64,000 bases of DNA from Candidatus Woesearchaeota archaeon (GCA_018303485.1 JAGVYC010000014.1:425-64424), one strand, 5' to 3'. Counted from the stretch's first letter, positions 1 to 10,552 are shown. Notes: a model not told the origin generated them from the sequence alone. A program made the numbers and translations.

Positions 1-87
1 CAAAAACAAAATAACTGCAACTACAACAAATATGATCAAAGTAAGCAAAAACTCCATCGCCATGCCCCTTTTATTGTAATATCGCAT
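1..87 (-). CDS. Pilin-like protein with class III signal peptide (5' part only; runs off the window)
   Basis: Not in ORF track. Manual translation MRYYNKRG|MAMEFLLTLIIFVVVAVILFL: basic residues, Gly at -1, Glu near +4, hydrophobic helix; close to pilus ATPase/platform genes. Confidence 0.7.
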   Translation of the reverse strand, partial: MRYYNKRGMAMEFLLTLIIFVVVAVILFL

Positions 88-182
88 TCAAAGCCCCTTT
101 AATAATGAAATAAACTATCACAAATAAAACTACAGCAAGAACAATATACAGTATAACTTTAAGGAAGGTCTCGCTTCCTCTT

Positions 183-389
183 TTACTTGACCTTGACATT
201 CTCTTTTCTCATCCCGTATAATAAAGCCAACAAGCCAGCAGCAACAATTATTCCCTGATATGCCATCCCTGTGCTTGGTATAAACTTCAAGCCCTCTGAG
301 ATTAAAGTGCTTTCTTTCAGCACAGGCCATGCTCCAATTAAAATCATTAACAACCCAATTAAGCTAATAATTATTTTCAAATTAACCAC
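183..389 (-). CDS. Small two-TM membrane protein
   Basis: 68 aa, two hydrophobic segments, directly after 391..1044. Confidence 0.6.
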   Translation of the reverse strand: MVNLKIIISLIGLLMILIGAWPVLKESTLISEGLKFIPSTGMAYQGIIVAAGLLALLYGMRKENVKVK

Positions 390-390
390 C

Positions 391-1044
391 TCATTTCTTC
401 CATTTTATTATCAATCCAACAAAAAAACCTATCCATGCTAAAGCAAACAAAATGCTTGCAATTGGTATTAAATCAAAAGGAATATTATAATACAATGGTG
501 AGCTGTAATACCATGCCATAAAGCTAAAAGCATCAAGCCATATAAAAATAACATAAGCCAAGATATAGCCAATAGACAATAGCAGCAATCCTCCTCCGCT
601 TATATTCCCTTTCAAATATTTATACATCACAAAAAACACCAGCACAGCCAAAAACACAGGTATTAAAGGCCCGAACATTTCTATTAGCACAATTCCGGTT
701 CTTGCCTCCCATAAGACCAGAGCTAAAGCCAAAAATATCCCCAATCCAACATATATTGCCTTTCCACCCTCCTTAAAATGGCTTCCAAAAGCAAATTTCC
801 CAAGTCCTAAAAATATCAGCAAGAATATGAAAAAATCAAACCACTGCGCATATTCATAATAAAGTTCAAACAATCCTCCGAATCCAGGAAGAAATCCTCC
901 AAAAATCCCACCTTCAATATAGCCTTGCCTTGGATATGTAACAAAACCAGTATAAGAGCTTAAAAAATAAAGTACAATAAAACTAATTAAGAATAAAGCT
1001 ATGGCAAATAAATACTTGTCAACCCTTTTAACCTTAAAATCCAT
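391..1044 (-). CDS. Multi-pass membrane protein, possibly distantly related to the 7669-9313 paralogs
   Basis: 217 aa hydrophobic; FDFFIFLLIFLGLGK...KAIYVGLGIFLAL segment. Confidence 0.65.
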   Translation of the reverse strand: MDFKVKRVDKYLFAIALFLISFIVLYFLSSYTGFVTYPRQGYIEGGIFGGFLPGFGGLFELYYEYAQWFDFFIFLLIFLGLGKFAFGSHFKEGGKAIYVGLGIFLALALVLWEARTGIVLIEMFGPLIPVFLAVLVFFVMYKYLKGNISGGGLLLLSIGYILAYVIFIWLDAFSFMAWYYSSPLYYNIPFDLIPIASILFALAWIGFFVGLIIKWKK

Positions 1045-1134
1045 TCATAACTAGATTAATCCTATTTATATAAAACTTTCTAGAAAAGAATTATTCTAAT
1101 TTATATATCTAGCATAAGACTTAACACTTTCTAA

Positions 1135-1437
1135 TCACTTCATAATCTTATCATATAACTTCTTGCCAGTATACGTTATTAAAACAGTTGTGCCAACCAT
1201 TAATGCCCAATCAACATTATTTGCTACACCAGAATAAACCAAGTCTACAAAATCACCCACATAGCCTTCAATTGTATGCTTGTCTCCTAACTCAGGTGTT
1301 ACTACCTGCCCATTATGCCTTTCACCAATAGCATTAGCTAATTTGCCACTGCCATAAACCAAAGGCCCAGCAATAAGATAATATAATCCATTTCCAAGTT
1401 TTTCTTTAAATTTACCCATTTTACCTACAATAAACAC
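1135..1437 (-). CDS. Hypothetical membrane protein
   Basis: 100 aa ORF with hydrophobic ends. Confidence 0.5.
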   Translation of the reverse strand: MFIVGKMGKFKEKLGNGLYYLIAGPLVYGSGKLANAIGERHNGQVVTPELGDKHTIEGYVGDFVDLVYSGVANNVDWALMVGTTVLITYTGKKLYDKIMK

Positions 1438-1549
1438 TATAATTATTAAAATTAACTACTCTTTCAGAGTAATTTAGTATTTATAAACCTTTCTATATTT
1501 ACTATTTAAAAGTGGAAACATTTATAAATATGTTAAATCTTGCATTTTT

Positions 1550-2101
1550 ATGATAAAGATAAAGAAAATTTTTAATAGCTATGTGCCAGAAGGCAACATC
1601 GCAACATTAGAAGACAAAATGAAAATATATGCAGATAAATCTGAAAAAATAGATGTTAGCGACCTGGCAACATTATTTTCCGTGCATTTGATGAAAATAG
1701 GTCTTGTTCATAAGAGCGCACAAACTTATCTTAAAAAAAGAATAACACTTTTTCATTTTCCAAAAGAACAAGTTCAAGTTAGTATAAAAGATATTTATAG
1801 TGTTCAAAAAAGAGAAGAAGAGCCAAAAGACGCAGGAATTTTAACAGAGCTTCTTAAAAGAACAGGGCAAACCTATGGTGGGGTGGAAATACGAATAACA
1901 CATATTTATGGCATTTTTGACCGTATTTTTAATTGCAGTACAATAAGACAATTAGGAAAAGGAACAAAAAATATTTACAAAGTTAAACTGTACAGCTCTG
2001 GTACTAAAAAACACGAATTTGAATTAAGCACATTTCTCACATATTTGGAAGCAAAGACGCAGGCTACAGGCAATCTATCAATTGCAGAAAATGCAGAATA
2101 A
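1550..2101 (+). CDS. Hypothetical protein
   Basis: 183 aa ORF; TTTATAAA box ~25 nt upstream of ATG. Confidence 0.6.
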   Translation: MIKIKKIFNSYVPEGNIATLEDKMKIYADKSEKIDVSDLATLFSVHLMKIGLVHKSAQTYLKKRITLFHFPKEQVQVSIKDIYSVQKREEEPKDAGILTELLKRTGQTYGGVEIRITHIYGIFDRIFNCSTIRQLGKGTKNIYKVKLYSSGTKKHEFELSTFLTYLEAKTQATGNLSIAENAE

Positions 2102-2125
2102 TGAGTATTACCAATTCATTGGACC

Positions 2126-4252
2126 TTAGCCTCCAGAAACTAAATTAATCCCGCCAGCAAGCACATTAAATACCAAAATTCCAATCAATGATATTGCAAA
2201 ATACAAAATAGCGCCAAACAATAAATTCTTGCTTAAGCCATTTTTAAAAGCCAGGTCATCAACACCATTTTCAATAGTGCTCCCCAAATAGCTTAATATG
2301 ATAATGATTTGAATGACATAAAACCCAACAACGAGCTGGAAATGATACCCTGGTATTAAATACTCTGGCTTAAATAAATCCAGCAATCCTGCTACACCTC
2401 CTACATCACCTGTTCCAATGCTCCCTGTTTTCAGCTGCTCAGTAAGCTTGTTTATTATTGAAACAACCATTGATGCAACACCAACAACTATCCCTGCAAT
2501 CATCGGGGTCATAAATGTCACCTGGCTTTTCATACTAGACGTTACATCAGCAAGCAAATCTTTAAGCCTTTCATTAACAGCATGTATTCTATTGACATAT
2601 TCGCTTATGCTCATCATGCTCTTTGATATAACAATGGGCCCTCTCCTTGCTGATTCAAGCAAAACCTTCATTGATGTTTCAACCAAACCTGATGGAAAAA
2701 ATAATATTGCTCCTCTATCTTTGTTGAATATAGCCTCTTTCAACCCCATTCCAAACTTTGTTAAATTAACGCTTATTAATCTAAAAAATTCCCCTGTTGG
2801 CGAATCTCTCAAGTCATCAGCAACCTTGGAAAATGCAATCTCAACAGGAATCCCTCCGCCAACTCTATTCCCAAGCTGAAACAAGCTGCCAACGAATTCC
2901 TTTTCCAAATTCTTTGTTTTCTCTCTTATGATAATCAGTTCTTTTGTTTTTAACTTGTAGTAAACTCCTAATGCTATTGCAATCCCAACAGGAATGAACA
3001 AGCTCAATATCAATGCAAAGCTTCCATAAGGCCCTAAACATCTGTTATTATTGCATTTATAATCAAAATATTTCATAGATAATGCACCAGAGCCAAAACT
3101 TGCCTGGTCTAATTCAGGGTTTGTAAAATGCAACACCACTGGCAAAATTCCAATTACAAAAAAAACAAAAAAAACAACAGCAGCTAAGAACTTGGCCCCT
3201 TGCCCATATTTTTCATCAGTTTTTACAATTATATTCTCGCTGTATCCTGTTGGCCTTTTGATCAGCATATTATACCCAAAAATAAAAACAGCTATTGGCA
3301 ATATCAGGTTATACAATATGGCCAAATGCCACCACTTAACAATCCCTTGCAAAAAACTTCCCACTAGTGGAAATAAAACCAATCCTAATATTGGCAAAAC
3401 AATCCCGAGCATATACAATATAGTCATTGGTGATTTTAAATCATGTGCAAAATGCAGCATTCTTTCATGTGTGCCTTCAAGTATTATCTGCAGTGCCTTC
3501 TCGAGCAGATCAATTCTTTTCTCTTCAGAGCCTTCATACAGGCTGCCTTCAATCAAATGAAATGATTCAACAAACTCTAAGTTGTAATCCCTCCATCCTT
3601 CTAAATAATTGTCAATGCTTTCTTTTATAGTTGAAAATTTATCAGTCTCAACATCCCAGAATATCTTCCTTAAATCCAGGGCCAGGGGATTTCCAATGTG
3701 CTCGCCTGCAAATTTTATTGCATGCTCTAAATTGGATGTATGCCTCATGTAAATTATAATATATAATATACAGACAACCATCTGATTGCTTGCAGCCAGC
3801 CTTCTTTTATTCGCCAGATACACCGGAAACTTGCTCAGTGGTTTTATAATAACAGCTCCGAGTATCATTAAAAGCAAAGGAATCATAAGCATAGGGCTTC
3901 CAATAACATAGGATATCACCAAAAGTAATATTGCAAATGCTATTAGAAAAGCCCCAGAAAATAATGCAAAACCAACAGCATCACTGGGCTTAATATGCAA
4001 ATGTGAAATCTCAATGGCGTCATTGATCTTTTTTTCATCTTCTGGCTTTAGTTTTATTGTTAATATGTTTCCAAATAACCTTGCAGCATTTTCATAAAAT
4101 GAATCAGCCCTGTCTAATGCTTCATTCCTAAAGATATCATACTCCCTTGAAAAAACCCTGCTGTCTTTTACATCTGTTGCTTCAAAATCTATGTTCTCTC
4201 CAAGTTTCCTCTCGTATTTATGCAGTATGTCTCTTACGCTTTCATCCACCAT
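2126..4252 (-). CDS. Type IV pilus/T2SS-F membrane platform protein (TadC/FlaJ-like)
   Basis: 708 aa, two cytoplasmic domains each followed by TM bundles; directly downstream of secretion ATPase. Confidence 0.8.
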   Translation of the reverse strand: MVDESVRDILHKYERKLGENIDFEATDVKDSRVFSREYDIFRNEALDRADSFYENAARLFGNILTIKLKPEDEKKINDAIEISHLHIKPSDAVGFALFSGAFLIAFAILLLVISYVIGSPMLMIPLLLMILGAVIIKPLSKFPVYLANKRRLAASNQMVVCILYIIIYMRHTSNLEHAIKFAGEHIGNPLALDLRKIFWDVETDKFSTIKESIDNYLEGWRDYNLEFVESFHLIEGSLYEGSEEKRIDLLEKALQIILEGTHERMLHFAHDLKSPMTILYMLGIVLPILGLVLFPLVGSFLQGIVKWWHLAILYNLILPIAVFIFGYNMLIKRPTGYSENIIVKTDEKYGQGAKFLAAVVFFVFFVIGILPVVLHFTNPELDQASFGSGALSMKYFDYKCNNNRCLGPYGSFALILSLFIPVGIAIALGVYYKLKTKELIIIREKTKNLEKEFVGSLFQLGNRVGGGIPVEIAFSKVADDLRDSPTGEFFRLISVNLTKFGMGLKEAIFNKDRGAILFFPSGLVETSMKVLLESARRGPIVISKSMMSISEYVNRIHAVNERLKDLLADVTSSMKSQVTFMTPMIAGIVVGVASMVVSIINKLTEQLKTGSIGTGDVGGVAGLLDLFKPEYLIPGYHFQLVVGFYVIQIIIILSYLGSTIENGVDDLAFKNGLSKNLLFGAILYFAISLIGILVFNVLAGGINLVSGG

Positions 4253-4315
4253 CTTTTTGTTTAATCATCTATGGATTAGTATTTAATGTTTTCTAGGATT
4301 TATATTTACAAAAAT

Positions 4316-6583
4316 TTACTTCAGCTTCAATTCTTTAATCGCCCTTTTCAGCCAATCTTCCCACTCAAAAAGTATTCTTTTGACATCTAAATAGCCAACT
4401 TCTTCCCTTACATAATAGCTTATTCTATGAAACTGGTCATTTGCATAAGCAACAAATTCTGCTTCCAAAAGCTGGCTCATGTTTTCTTTGGTAGAATAAT
4501 TAACCAGCATTTCTTTCATTTTTGCCCGCAGCAATATGTTCTCCCACACAGCATCCCAATTGCCAGCCCATTCTTTAACATTTCCAGCAATAGCCTTTAT
4601 TATTTCGCTGTCTCCATTAATCAGATCATCAGTCGGTTCTAGCATGTCTGTTTCAGCATTATACTTCATCAGGTCAACAAACCCCTTTTCAACCAACGGA
4701 TCATTAGTCCAGTGTTTTCTTACCTCTGTTATCTGCACAACCCTTCTCCATTTATGCATGCCGTCTGGGCTTTTCATAGGATTTGCAATTATAATTATGT
4801 CAACAGCCTTGAAGCTTGTTCTGGGAACTTGCAAGTCATTTACTACCCTGTCATAAACACCATAGGGGCTTTCCCCATGTATTGTTCCTATGACAGAATT
4901 AGCCAAAGCGCCAACTCTCATTGCTTCGAATAATGCAAAAGCCTCATTACTTCTCACCTCACCCACTATCAAAGAAGAATCTCCCATTCTCAGGCTTGTC
5001 CTTATTCCTTCATCAGCAGGCACTTCTGTTCCACCTTTTGTCATCGCGCTTCTTACTTTCATTGGCTGAATATTATATCCTAATTTTCTCATCACTTCAG
5101 AATTTATTTCTAATGTGTCCTCAACAGTTATCATCCTGTATTTCCTCATGATTTCTATTAATGAAGCGCCAAGTAAGCTTGTTTTTCCAGAGCTCCTAGT
5201 TCCAGCAAAAAGCAATGTCCTAGATCCAGATATCAAGAAGCTCAGCAAGCCGGCACCCAAAGGGCTTATCATCTTATGCTTTAAGAATAATGGCAAAGTC
5301 CAAGGCTTGTCCCTGTGCCTTCTCAGAGAATATGCAATCCCATAAGGATTCAATGGTCTTTGTATTATTGCTACCCTTGCCCTTGCACCAGGTATTGAAA
5401 GTTCAGTATCTAATATAGGATTTGCCTCATCTAAGGGCCTGCCAGATATTATCCTGAATTTCGTTGCCCAGCCTTCAGCATCATCCCTTGATGGCATTAT
5501 GTTAGTCGTGCATTCTTCATAATCTTCATGCACTAAAAATATCGGCGTATCACCAACAGGAGAATTAATCACAATATCTTGTACCTTTGGGTCTTGCAAT
5601 AATAACTCAATAAGCCCAAAACCAACAGTATATCTCACTAATATTTTTGCTAATTCATCAAGTTCTTCTTGATTTAATTCAAGCCCTTTGTTATCTGCTA
5701 ATTCCTGCAATAAATCTCGACCAATGTTATAAAAAGTTGCCCTCATTTTTTCAGGCTCTAAAAATTCTTCTTCCCTTGGCTTGTGCTCAACTAAGATTGT
5801 CCTTGCCAAATCAAGCAGGGTATATTTGTCCTCGCTTATCTTAAATTCTGGAGGTGTTAAATGATAAAGATATTTTACATCTTTATTAGTCCTGAATATT
5901 GCAACATCAGAGTTTTCAACAGAATAAATATCAATCTCTTCGGCGTCAATTGGCTGCTGCACCATTAATCTTGTAAAAATAAAATCTGGTGAAATGCTTG
6001 GCTTGAATATTCTTTTGTACAAAGACCTGTCGCCAATACTATGCCCCTCAATGTCTGATTTGACAAGGTTTATCAGCCTTGTATTCTCCAATTGATTGCT
6101 GATATAATTCAACCTTTCAATATACTCTTGGTAAACCTCAACCAAATCAAGCGGCACTTTTCCAAGTTTTATCTTTTCTGATCTAATCACTCTTTTCAAT
6201 TCAACGTAAGCGCCAATAGGATCATTCCTTAACAAGTTCAAAACTACATTCTGCAATTCTGCCCTCCAGCTGGGAAGGTAAGTGCTAGAAGCTATTGTCA
6301 TTTCAAAATCCATCAATGTTATCATTTTCTTCTGCCTTATCAAAGACTTGTACAAATTAGCTATCTCAACTAGCATCTGTGTTTGCTCATAATCGTAGCT
6401 GTACTGTTTTCTTTGGGAAAAAATTATTCTGGAAACGCTTGGCGCTTCAATTAATTTTTCTATGGTTGTTGCCATGCATATAGCACTATCCTCTAAAGAA
6501 GGCGAGAAACCCCACATCTCAGCATTGATTTTCATAACATCTTCTTGCCCCTCTTTTATTACAGTATAATCCCTTTCAGCCAT
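4316..6583 (-). CDS. Type II/IV secretion system ATPase (VirB11/TadA/FlaI-like)
   Basis: Walker A GTRSSGKT, Asp box TVEDTLE, SLRMGDSSLIVGEVR, GTIHG His box; ATG 6583 preferred to TTG 6598. Confidence 0.92.
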   Translation of the reverse strand: MAERDYTVIKEGQEDVMKINAEMWGFSPSLEDSAICMATTIEKLIEAPSVSRIIFSQRKQYSYDYEQTQMLVEIANLYKSLIRQKKMITLMDFEMTIASSTYLPSWRAELQNVVLNLLRNDPIGAYVELKRVIRSEKIKLGKVPLDLVEVYQEYIERLNYISNQLENTRLINLVKSDIEGHSIGDRSLYKRIFKPSISPDFIFTRLMVQQPIDAEEIDIYSVENSDVAIFRTNKDVKYLYHLTPPEFKISEDKYTLLDLARTILVEHKPREEEFLEPEKMRATFYNIGRDLLQELADNKGLELNQEELDELAKILVRYTVGFGLIELLLQDPKVQDIVINSPVGDTPIFLVHEDYEECTTNIMPSRDDAEGWATKFRIISGRPLDEANPILDTELSIPGARARVAIIQRPLNPYGIAYSLRRHRDKPWTLPLFLKHKMISPLGAGLLSFLISGSRTLLFAGTRSSGKTSLLGASLIEIMRKYRMITVEDTLEINSEVMRKLGYNIQPMKVRSAMTKGGTEVPADEGIRTSLRMGDSSLIVGEVRSNEAFALFEAMRVGALANSVIGTIHGESPYGVYDRVVNDLQVPRTSFKAVDIIIIANPMKSPDGMHKWRRVVQITEVRKHWTNDPLVEKGFVDLMKYNAETDMLEPTDDLINGDSEIIKAIAGNVKEWAGNWDAVWENILLRAKMKEMLVNYSTKENMSQLLEAEFVAYANDQFHRISYYVREEVGYLDVKRILFEWEDWLKRAIKELKLK

Positions 6584-6668
6584 GTTACCACTTTTCAAAG
6601 TTTACATAATATTTAATATCTATCAATAGAACATATCACATATATAAATAAATACTTTTCGATAAAAC

Positions 6669-7037
6669 ATGGCAATTGAAACAACCCAACAAGATGCTTC
6701 TTACATACTCAATGAAGTTGTTAATAGATTGCGTTCTCTCGAAAGCAAATACAATTTAATAACAGAAAAAACACTTTTGATAAACAAAAACATGATAGAT
6801 GAATATAAATCCTTGTCAAGGCATATAAAAATAATCGAATCTGACATTAAAGAAATTAAATTGGAAGTAAACAAGCTTAAAGAAATAATAAGGGAGTTTG
6901 CAAAAGAGTTCGATAGCTATGCAAGAAAAGAAAACGTCAAGGTTTTAGAAAAGTATATTAACCTAATAGACCCATTAAAATTTGTAACAGAAGATGATGT
7001 TAAGCGCATTGTTAAAGAGGTGATCAAATCTGAATAA
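6669..7037 (+). CDS. Coiled-coil hypothetical protein
   Basis: Heptad-rich 122 aa, divergent from ATPase. Confidence 0.7.
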   Translation: MAIETTQQDASYILNEVVNRLRSLESKYNLITEKTLLINKNMIDEYKSLSRHIKIIESDIKEIKLEVNKLKEIIREFAKEFDSYARKENVKVLEKYINLIDPLKFVTEDDVKRIVKEVIKSE

Positions 7038-7044
7038 TAACGAA

Positions 7045-7668
7045 TTGCCATTGGATGCAGCAATCAAGCTGAAACAGCAGGGCCTTAATAATCCGCAAAT
7101 AATTTCAAGGCTGGAAGGCCAGGGATACAACAGCCAGCAAGTTGCAGAAACTATAAATCAGCTGGGCATAAAATCAAATATAGAATCAGGTTCAATGGCT
7201 CAGAATGAAATGCAGCCTTCTTTGCTTGATGAAGATATTCCAGTGCCAACACCTCCTCAATCAGGCATGGCATTCGAAAGGCATTCATACTCGCCATCTG
7301 CAAGAATAGAAGAGCAAACTGCGCCTTATATCGCATCTGATAGCTCTGATGTTCAAGGATTAATAGAATCAGTAGTTGAAGAAAAATGGCAGCGCTTCTC
7401 AGATTCAATGACAGATTTTGAAGTCTGGAAAGCAGGCGTTAATGATGATTTAATATCAATAAAGCAGGAGGTAATAAGGCAAAGCAACAGGTTTGATATC
7501 CTGCAAAAAGCAGTTCTTGGCAAAGTGGATGAATACAATAAGAGCATGATTGATGTAAGCTCAGAGATAAAAGCCTTGGAAAAGGTATTCCAAAATATAA
7601 TATCGCCATTAACCTCAAATATTAAAGAGCTTGGAAGAATAACAAACGACCTTAAAGGTGTTAGGTAA
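7045..7668 (+). CDS. Protein with small N-terminal helical domain, Pro-rich linker and C-terminal coiled coil
   Basis: 207 aa; GAGGTGA RBS at ~7017-7023 could instead serve an in-frame CTG at 7030. Confidence 0.7.
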   Translation: MPLDAAIKLKQQGLNNPQIISRLEGQGYNSQQVAETINQLGIKSNIESGSMAQNEMQPSLLDEDIPVPTPPQSGMAFERHSYSPSARIEEQTAPYIASDSSDVQGLIESVVEEKWQRFSDSMTDFEVWKAGVNDDLISIKQEVIRQSNRFDILQKAVLGKVDEYNKSMIDVSSEIKALEKVFQNIISPLTSNIKELGRITNDLKGVR

Positions 7669-8202
7669 TCAATAATTCTTCGCAATCAATCTAATGGATT
7701 GTGCAGCAATTACCAGTATTAAGGCTACTGTCAATATCTTGGAATTGAATATTATCTTGGCAATGTCATAAGTTACCCCTTGCTTTTCAATGGGCTGGCC
7801 ATCTGCAGTATATTGCTGTATTAATGGCCCATACACTTGGCTCAGGACAAAACCAAATATAATAATAACAACAATTATCAAAAACCATGCTACCCCTGAT
7901 TCTTCAAATACCTTTGATACAGTGCTTTCCTTAACTCCAACAAATAAAAACAAAGTTACTATGACAATTATCATTAAAAATAATATGACAAGCCATGGTG
8001 TTACAATTATTACAACATTGGAAACACCAGGTGTAAACATGAATATAACCCCTAAAACAAACGAAACAACTAAATTTATTTCTTTAGAAACCCCAAGTAT
8101 CTTTATTTTTGAGAGTACTGCATATATTCCAAAAAACACAACCAAAAAGACAAATATGGGTGCCAGCTTTGCCAATAAACTTACATCAACTGGTGTAGCC
8201 AT
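7669..8202 (-). CDS. Membrane protein, paralog 3 of tandem family
   Basis: PIFVFLVVFFGIYAVLSKIKILG...INLVVSF motif shared with neighbours. Confidence 0.75.
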   Translation of the reverse strand: MATPVDVSLLAKLAPIFVFLVVFFGIYAVLSKIKILGVSKEINLVVSFVLGVIFMFTPGVSNVVIIVTPWLVILFLMIIVIVTLFLFVGVKESTVSKVFEESGVAWFLIIVVIIIFGFVLSQVYGPLIQQYTADGQPIEKQGVTYDIAKIIFNSKILTVALILVIAAQSIRLIAKNY

Positions 8203-8203
8203 G

Positions 8204-8767
8204 TTAGGTTTTCTCGCCCTTTAGTTCTTTTCCAATCTTCTCAAAGAAGTTGCCGATGCCGCCCTCTCCTTGTTGCTTTTCTTTGGTTACAAGCCATATT
8301 ATTATTACAAATATGGCAATGAATATTATTATGCTTTTTGTTCTTGTATCCAAATTAGTCAGCCAGTCCGGCAGTATGTATCTCCCATTTAAATAATCAA
8401 CACTCAGGCTCCATATAATTGCTAGAATAGAAACAATTCCTGCAACAGCCATAAGATTGTTCCCCCACCCAGCATATTCTTCTTTTATGAATATGGCTAG
8501 CAGCAATAGCAACATTAAAAATACAACAATGAACAATGAAACATTAGGCAAAAATCTGTTTACCAGTACAACCAAATATTGATTCCTGATAAATATCAAG
8601 CCGACAACTAATGCCACAACGACATTAAAATTCTTGGCATCCTTTCCAAGTATCTTTGATTTTTGAAGTATGGCAAATGCCAGTGTAAATACTAGCAAAA
8701 ATGGCAATGCAATGTCATATACGCCAAAATCAGTAAGGTCTGATATTAAATCGCTTAAGTAACTCAT
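8204..8767 (-). CDS. Membrane protein, paralog 2 of tandem family
   Basis: LPFLLVFTLAFAILQKSKILG...FNVVVAL. Confidence 0.75.
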   Translation of the reverse strand: MSYLSDLISDLTDFGVYDIALPFLLVFTLAFAILQKSKILGKDAKNFNVVVALVVGLIFIRNQYLVVLVNRFLPNVSLFIVVFLMLLLLLAIFIKEEYAGWGNNLMAVAGIVSILAIIWSLSVDYLNGRYILPDWLTNLDTRTKSIIIFIAIFVIIIWLVTKEKQQGEGGIGNFFEKIGKELKGEKT

Positions 8768-8770
8768 GTT

Positions 8771-9313
8771 TTATCCCCCTTGTTTTGTGCCACCAGGAGT
8801 ATTATATACCCAGTATACTACACCAATTATAAATGCAACAAATATCAATGAAATAATAAATGTATCCTGCCATTTATCAACAATATAATCTAAAACAGGA
8901 TCTAGCCAGCCAAATGAATTCAGGAATATTGCTGCTACAGATACAAAAACTATTATCCCCATAAATGCCCCCCAAAACTTCCTTTCTCCAAAATGAAACT
9001 CTTTTTCTCCAGAAGCATACGATCCGACTAGCAGCATATAAATCACAATAACCACCAGTAATAATGCAGCATATGGCAGTGATGATTGTATAAACACTAC
9101 TGCTCTTGGAATAGCAACAAAAAATAAAGCTATGGTTAATGCCACCATTGAATTTATGTTTTTCTTCGGCCTGCCGTCTTTCTCAATTCCAAGTATCTTT
9201 GTCTTTTCAAGAATGGCAAAAACTATGGTAAATATGAATAGAAACGACAGTATTACATCAAAAAAACCCAGCCTCTTTAAAAAATCTATTGCATTGCTCA
9301 ATGGTGTAGCCAT
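8771..9313 (-). CDS. Membrane protein, paralog 1 of tandem family
   Basis: LSFLFIFTIVFAILEKTKILG...INSMVAL. Confidence 0.75.
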   Translation of the reverse strand: MATPLSNAIDFLKRLGFFDVILSFLFIFTIVFAILEKTKILGIEKDGRPKKNINSMVALTIALFFVAIPRAVVFIQSSLPYAALLLVVIVIYMLLVGSYASGEKEFHFGERKFWGAFMGIIVFVSVAAIFLNSFGWLDPVLDYIVDKWQDTFIISLIFVAFIIGVVYWVYNTPGGTKQGG

Positions 9314-9370
9314 GATATATTCATAAAATTTACTTGTTTAAATATTTTGTTGTTTTATTTTTAACCCTAT

Positions 9371-10090
9371 TTACTTGCCAAACTTTCTTTTTCTCAGGGA
9401 ATATTCATTTATGCATGCTAAAAAATCCTCTTTTTTAAACTCAGGCCATAGCAAATCAGGCAAAAAAATTATTTCAGCATAGCTGCTCTGCCATAACAAG
9501 AATCCGCTTAATCTTGATTCACTTGTTCTTATTATCAAATCTGGCTCGCTTTCCAAATAAAGGTTTTTCTTAAATACTTCTTCATTAAGATCTCCCACAT
9601 CCAAGTTTCCTTCCTTTATTTGTTTTGCAATCTTTTTTGTAGCATCTATTATTTCTGCTCTTCCCCCATAAGCCATTGCAAAATTAACAATGTGCTTGTT
9701 ATTCTCTTTGGTTAAATCCATTAGTTTATTCATTACTCCTTGTACATTGGCAGGAAACATCCATAGCCTTCCTATGAAATTAACCCTCAATCCCTTTTTA
9801 TTGATTTCATTTAAATTTTCTCTGCTCATGAGTTCATTAAATTCTTTTTCAAATAAAGCCATTAAATAATCAAATTCGTCTTTAGGCCTGTTAAAATTCT
9901 CAACAGAAAAAGCATAGAATGTTACTTCTTCAATGCATGTTTCATTACACCATTCAAGCAGCTCTTTTACCTTTTTAGCGCCCCATTCATGCCCCATCCA
10001 TGGCTTTATCATCAACCTCTTGGCAAACCGTCTATTGCCATCAAGGATTATGCCTAAATGCCTTGGGATATTTCCATTAACATTATTCAT
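9371..10090 (-). CDS. uppS: cis-prenyltransferase (undecaprenyl diphosphate synthase)
   Basis: HLGIILDGNRRFA, YAFSVENFNRP, YGGRAEI, DLIIRTSESRLSGFLLWQSSYAE. Confidence 0.95.
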   Translation of the reverse strand: MNNVNGNIPRHLGIILDGNRRFAKRLMIKPWMGHEWGAKKVKELLEWCNETCIEEVTFYAFSVENFNRPKDEFDYLMALFEKEFNELMSRENLNEINKKGLRVNFIGRLWMFPANVQGVMNKLMDLTKENNKHIVNFAMAYGGRAEIIDATKKIAKQIKEGNLDVGDLNEEVFKKNLYLESEPDLIIRTSESRLSGFLLWQSSYAEIIFLPDLLWPEFKKEDFLACINEYSLRKRKFGK

Positions 10091-10207
10091 AGTTGTTTTG
10101 TTTTTATAAAGAATTTAAAAACGTTTCTATGCTTATACTCTGGTGCATTAACAGTTGGTGATTTTATTATATATAAACAAAAATAGCCATTCTTGGGATA
10201 AATTGTT

Positions 10208-10480
10208 TTACTCTTCAGTCTTATTCTCTTCATAGCTAGGTATTGCAGCCTTGCTTATTATTATAACATCGCCTATTGCTTTTACCATGTGATGTGGCAC
10301 TATGACCCCCTTGGCACCGCCTAAAACCTTGCTTAAGAAAGAATTCCTGGTTGCCTTTACTCTCCATCCAAAAACCTTATTAGAACTTATTATGCCTTCT
10401 TCAACATCACCAAAATAATCACCAAGGTCTGTAAAAACCCTCATGTCATATAAATCAGTTACATTCTTTAGTTTTAGCAT
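10208..10480 (-). CDS. PRC-barrel domain protein (CdpB-like)
   Basis: LYDMRVFTDLGDYFGDV...VIVPHHMVKAIGDVIII. Confidence 0.85.
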   Translation of the reverse strand: MLKLKNVTDLYDMRVFTDLGDYFGDVEEGIISSNKVFGWRVKATRNSFLSKVLGGAKGVIVPHHMVKAIGDVIIISKAAIPSYEENKTEE

Positions 10481-10552
10481 TTTTGATCATCTCCCTTTTT
10501 CGCTAATATTCATAGCAAGTCTTTTATAGTTTATAAATATTTCTGTGGTAAA

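Noticed and set aside
9769-9780. Mini-ORB-like TTCCTATGAAAT in uppS (and CATAGGAAAC near 24398)
   Set aside because: Partial match with no G-string or flanking repeats; plausible by chance in AT-rich DNA.
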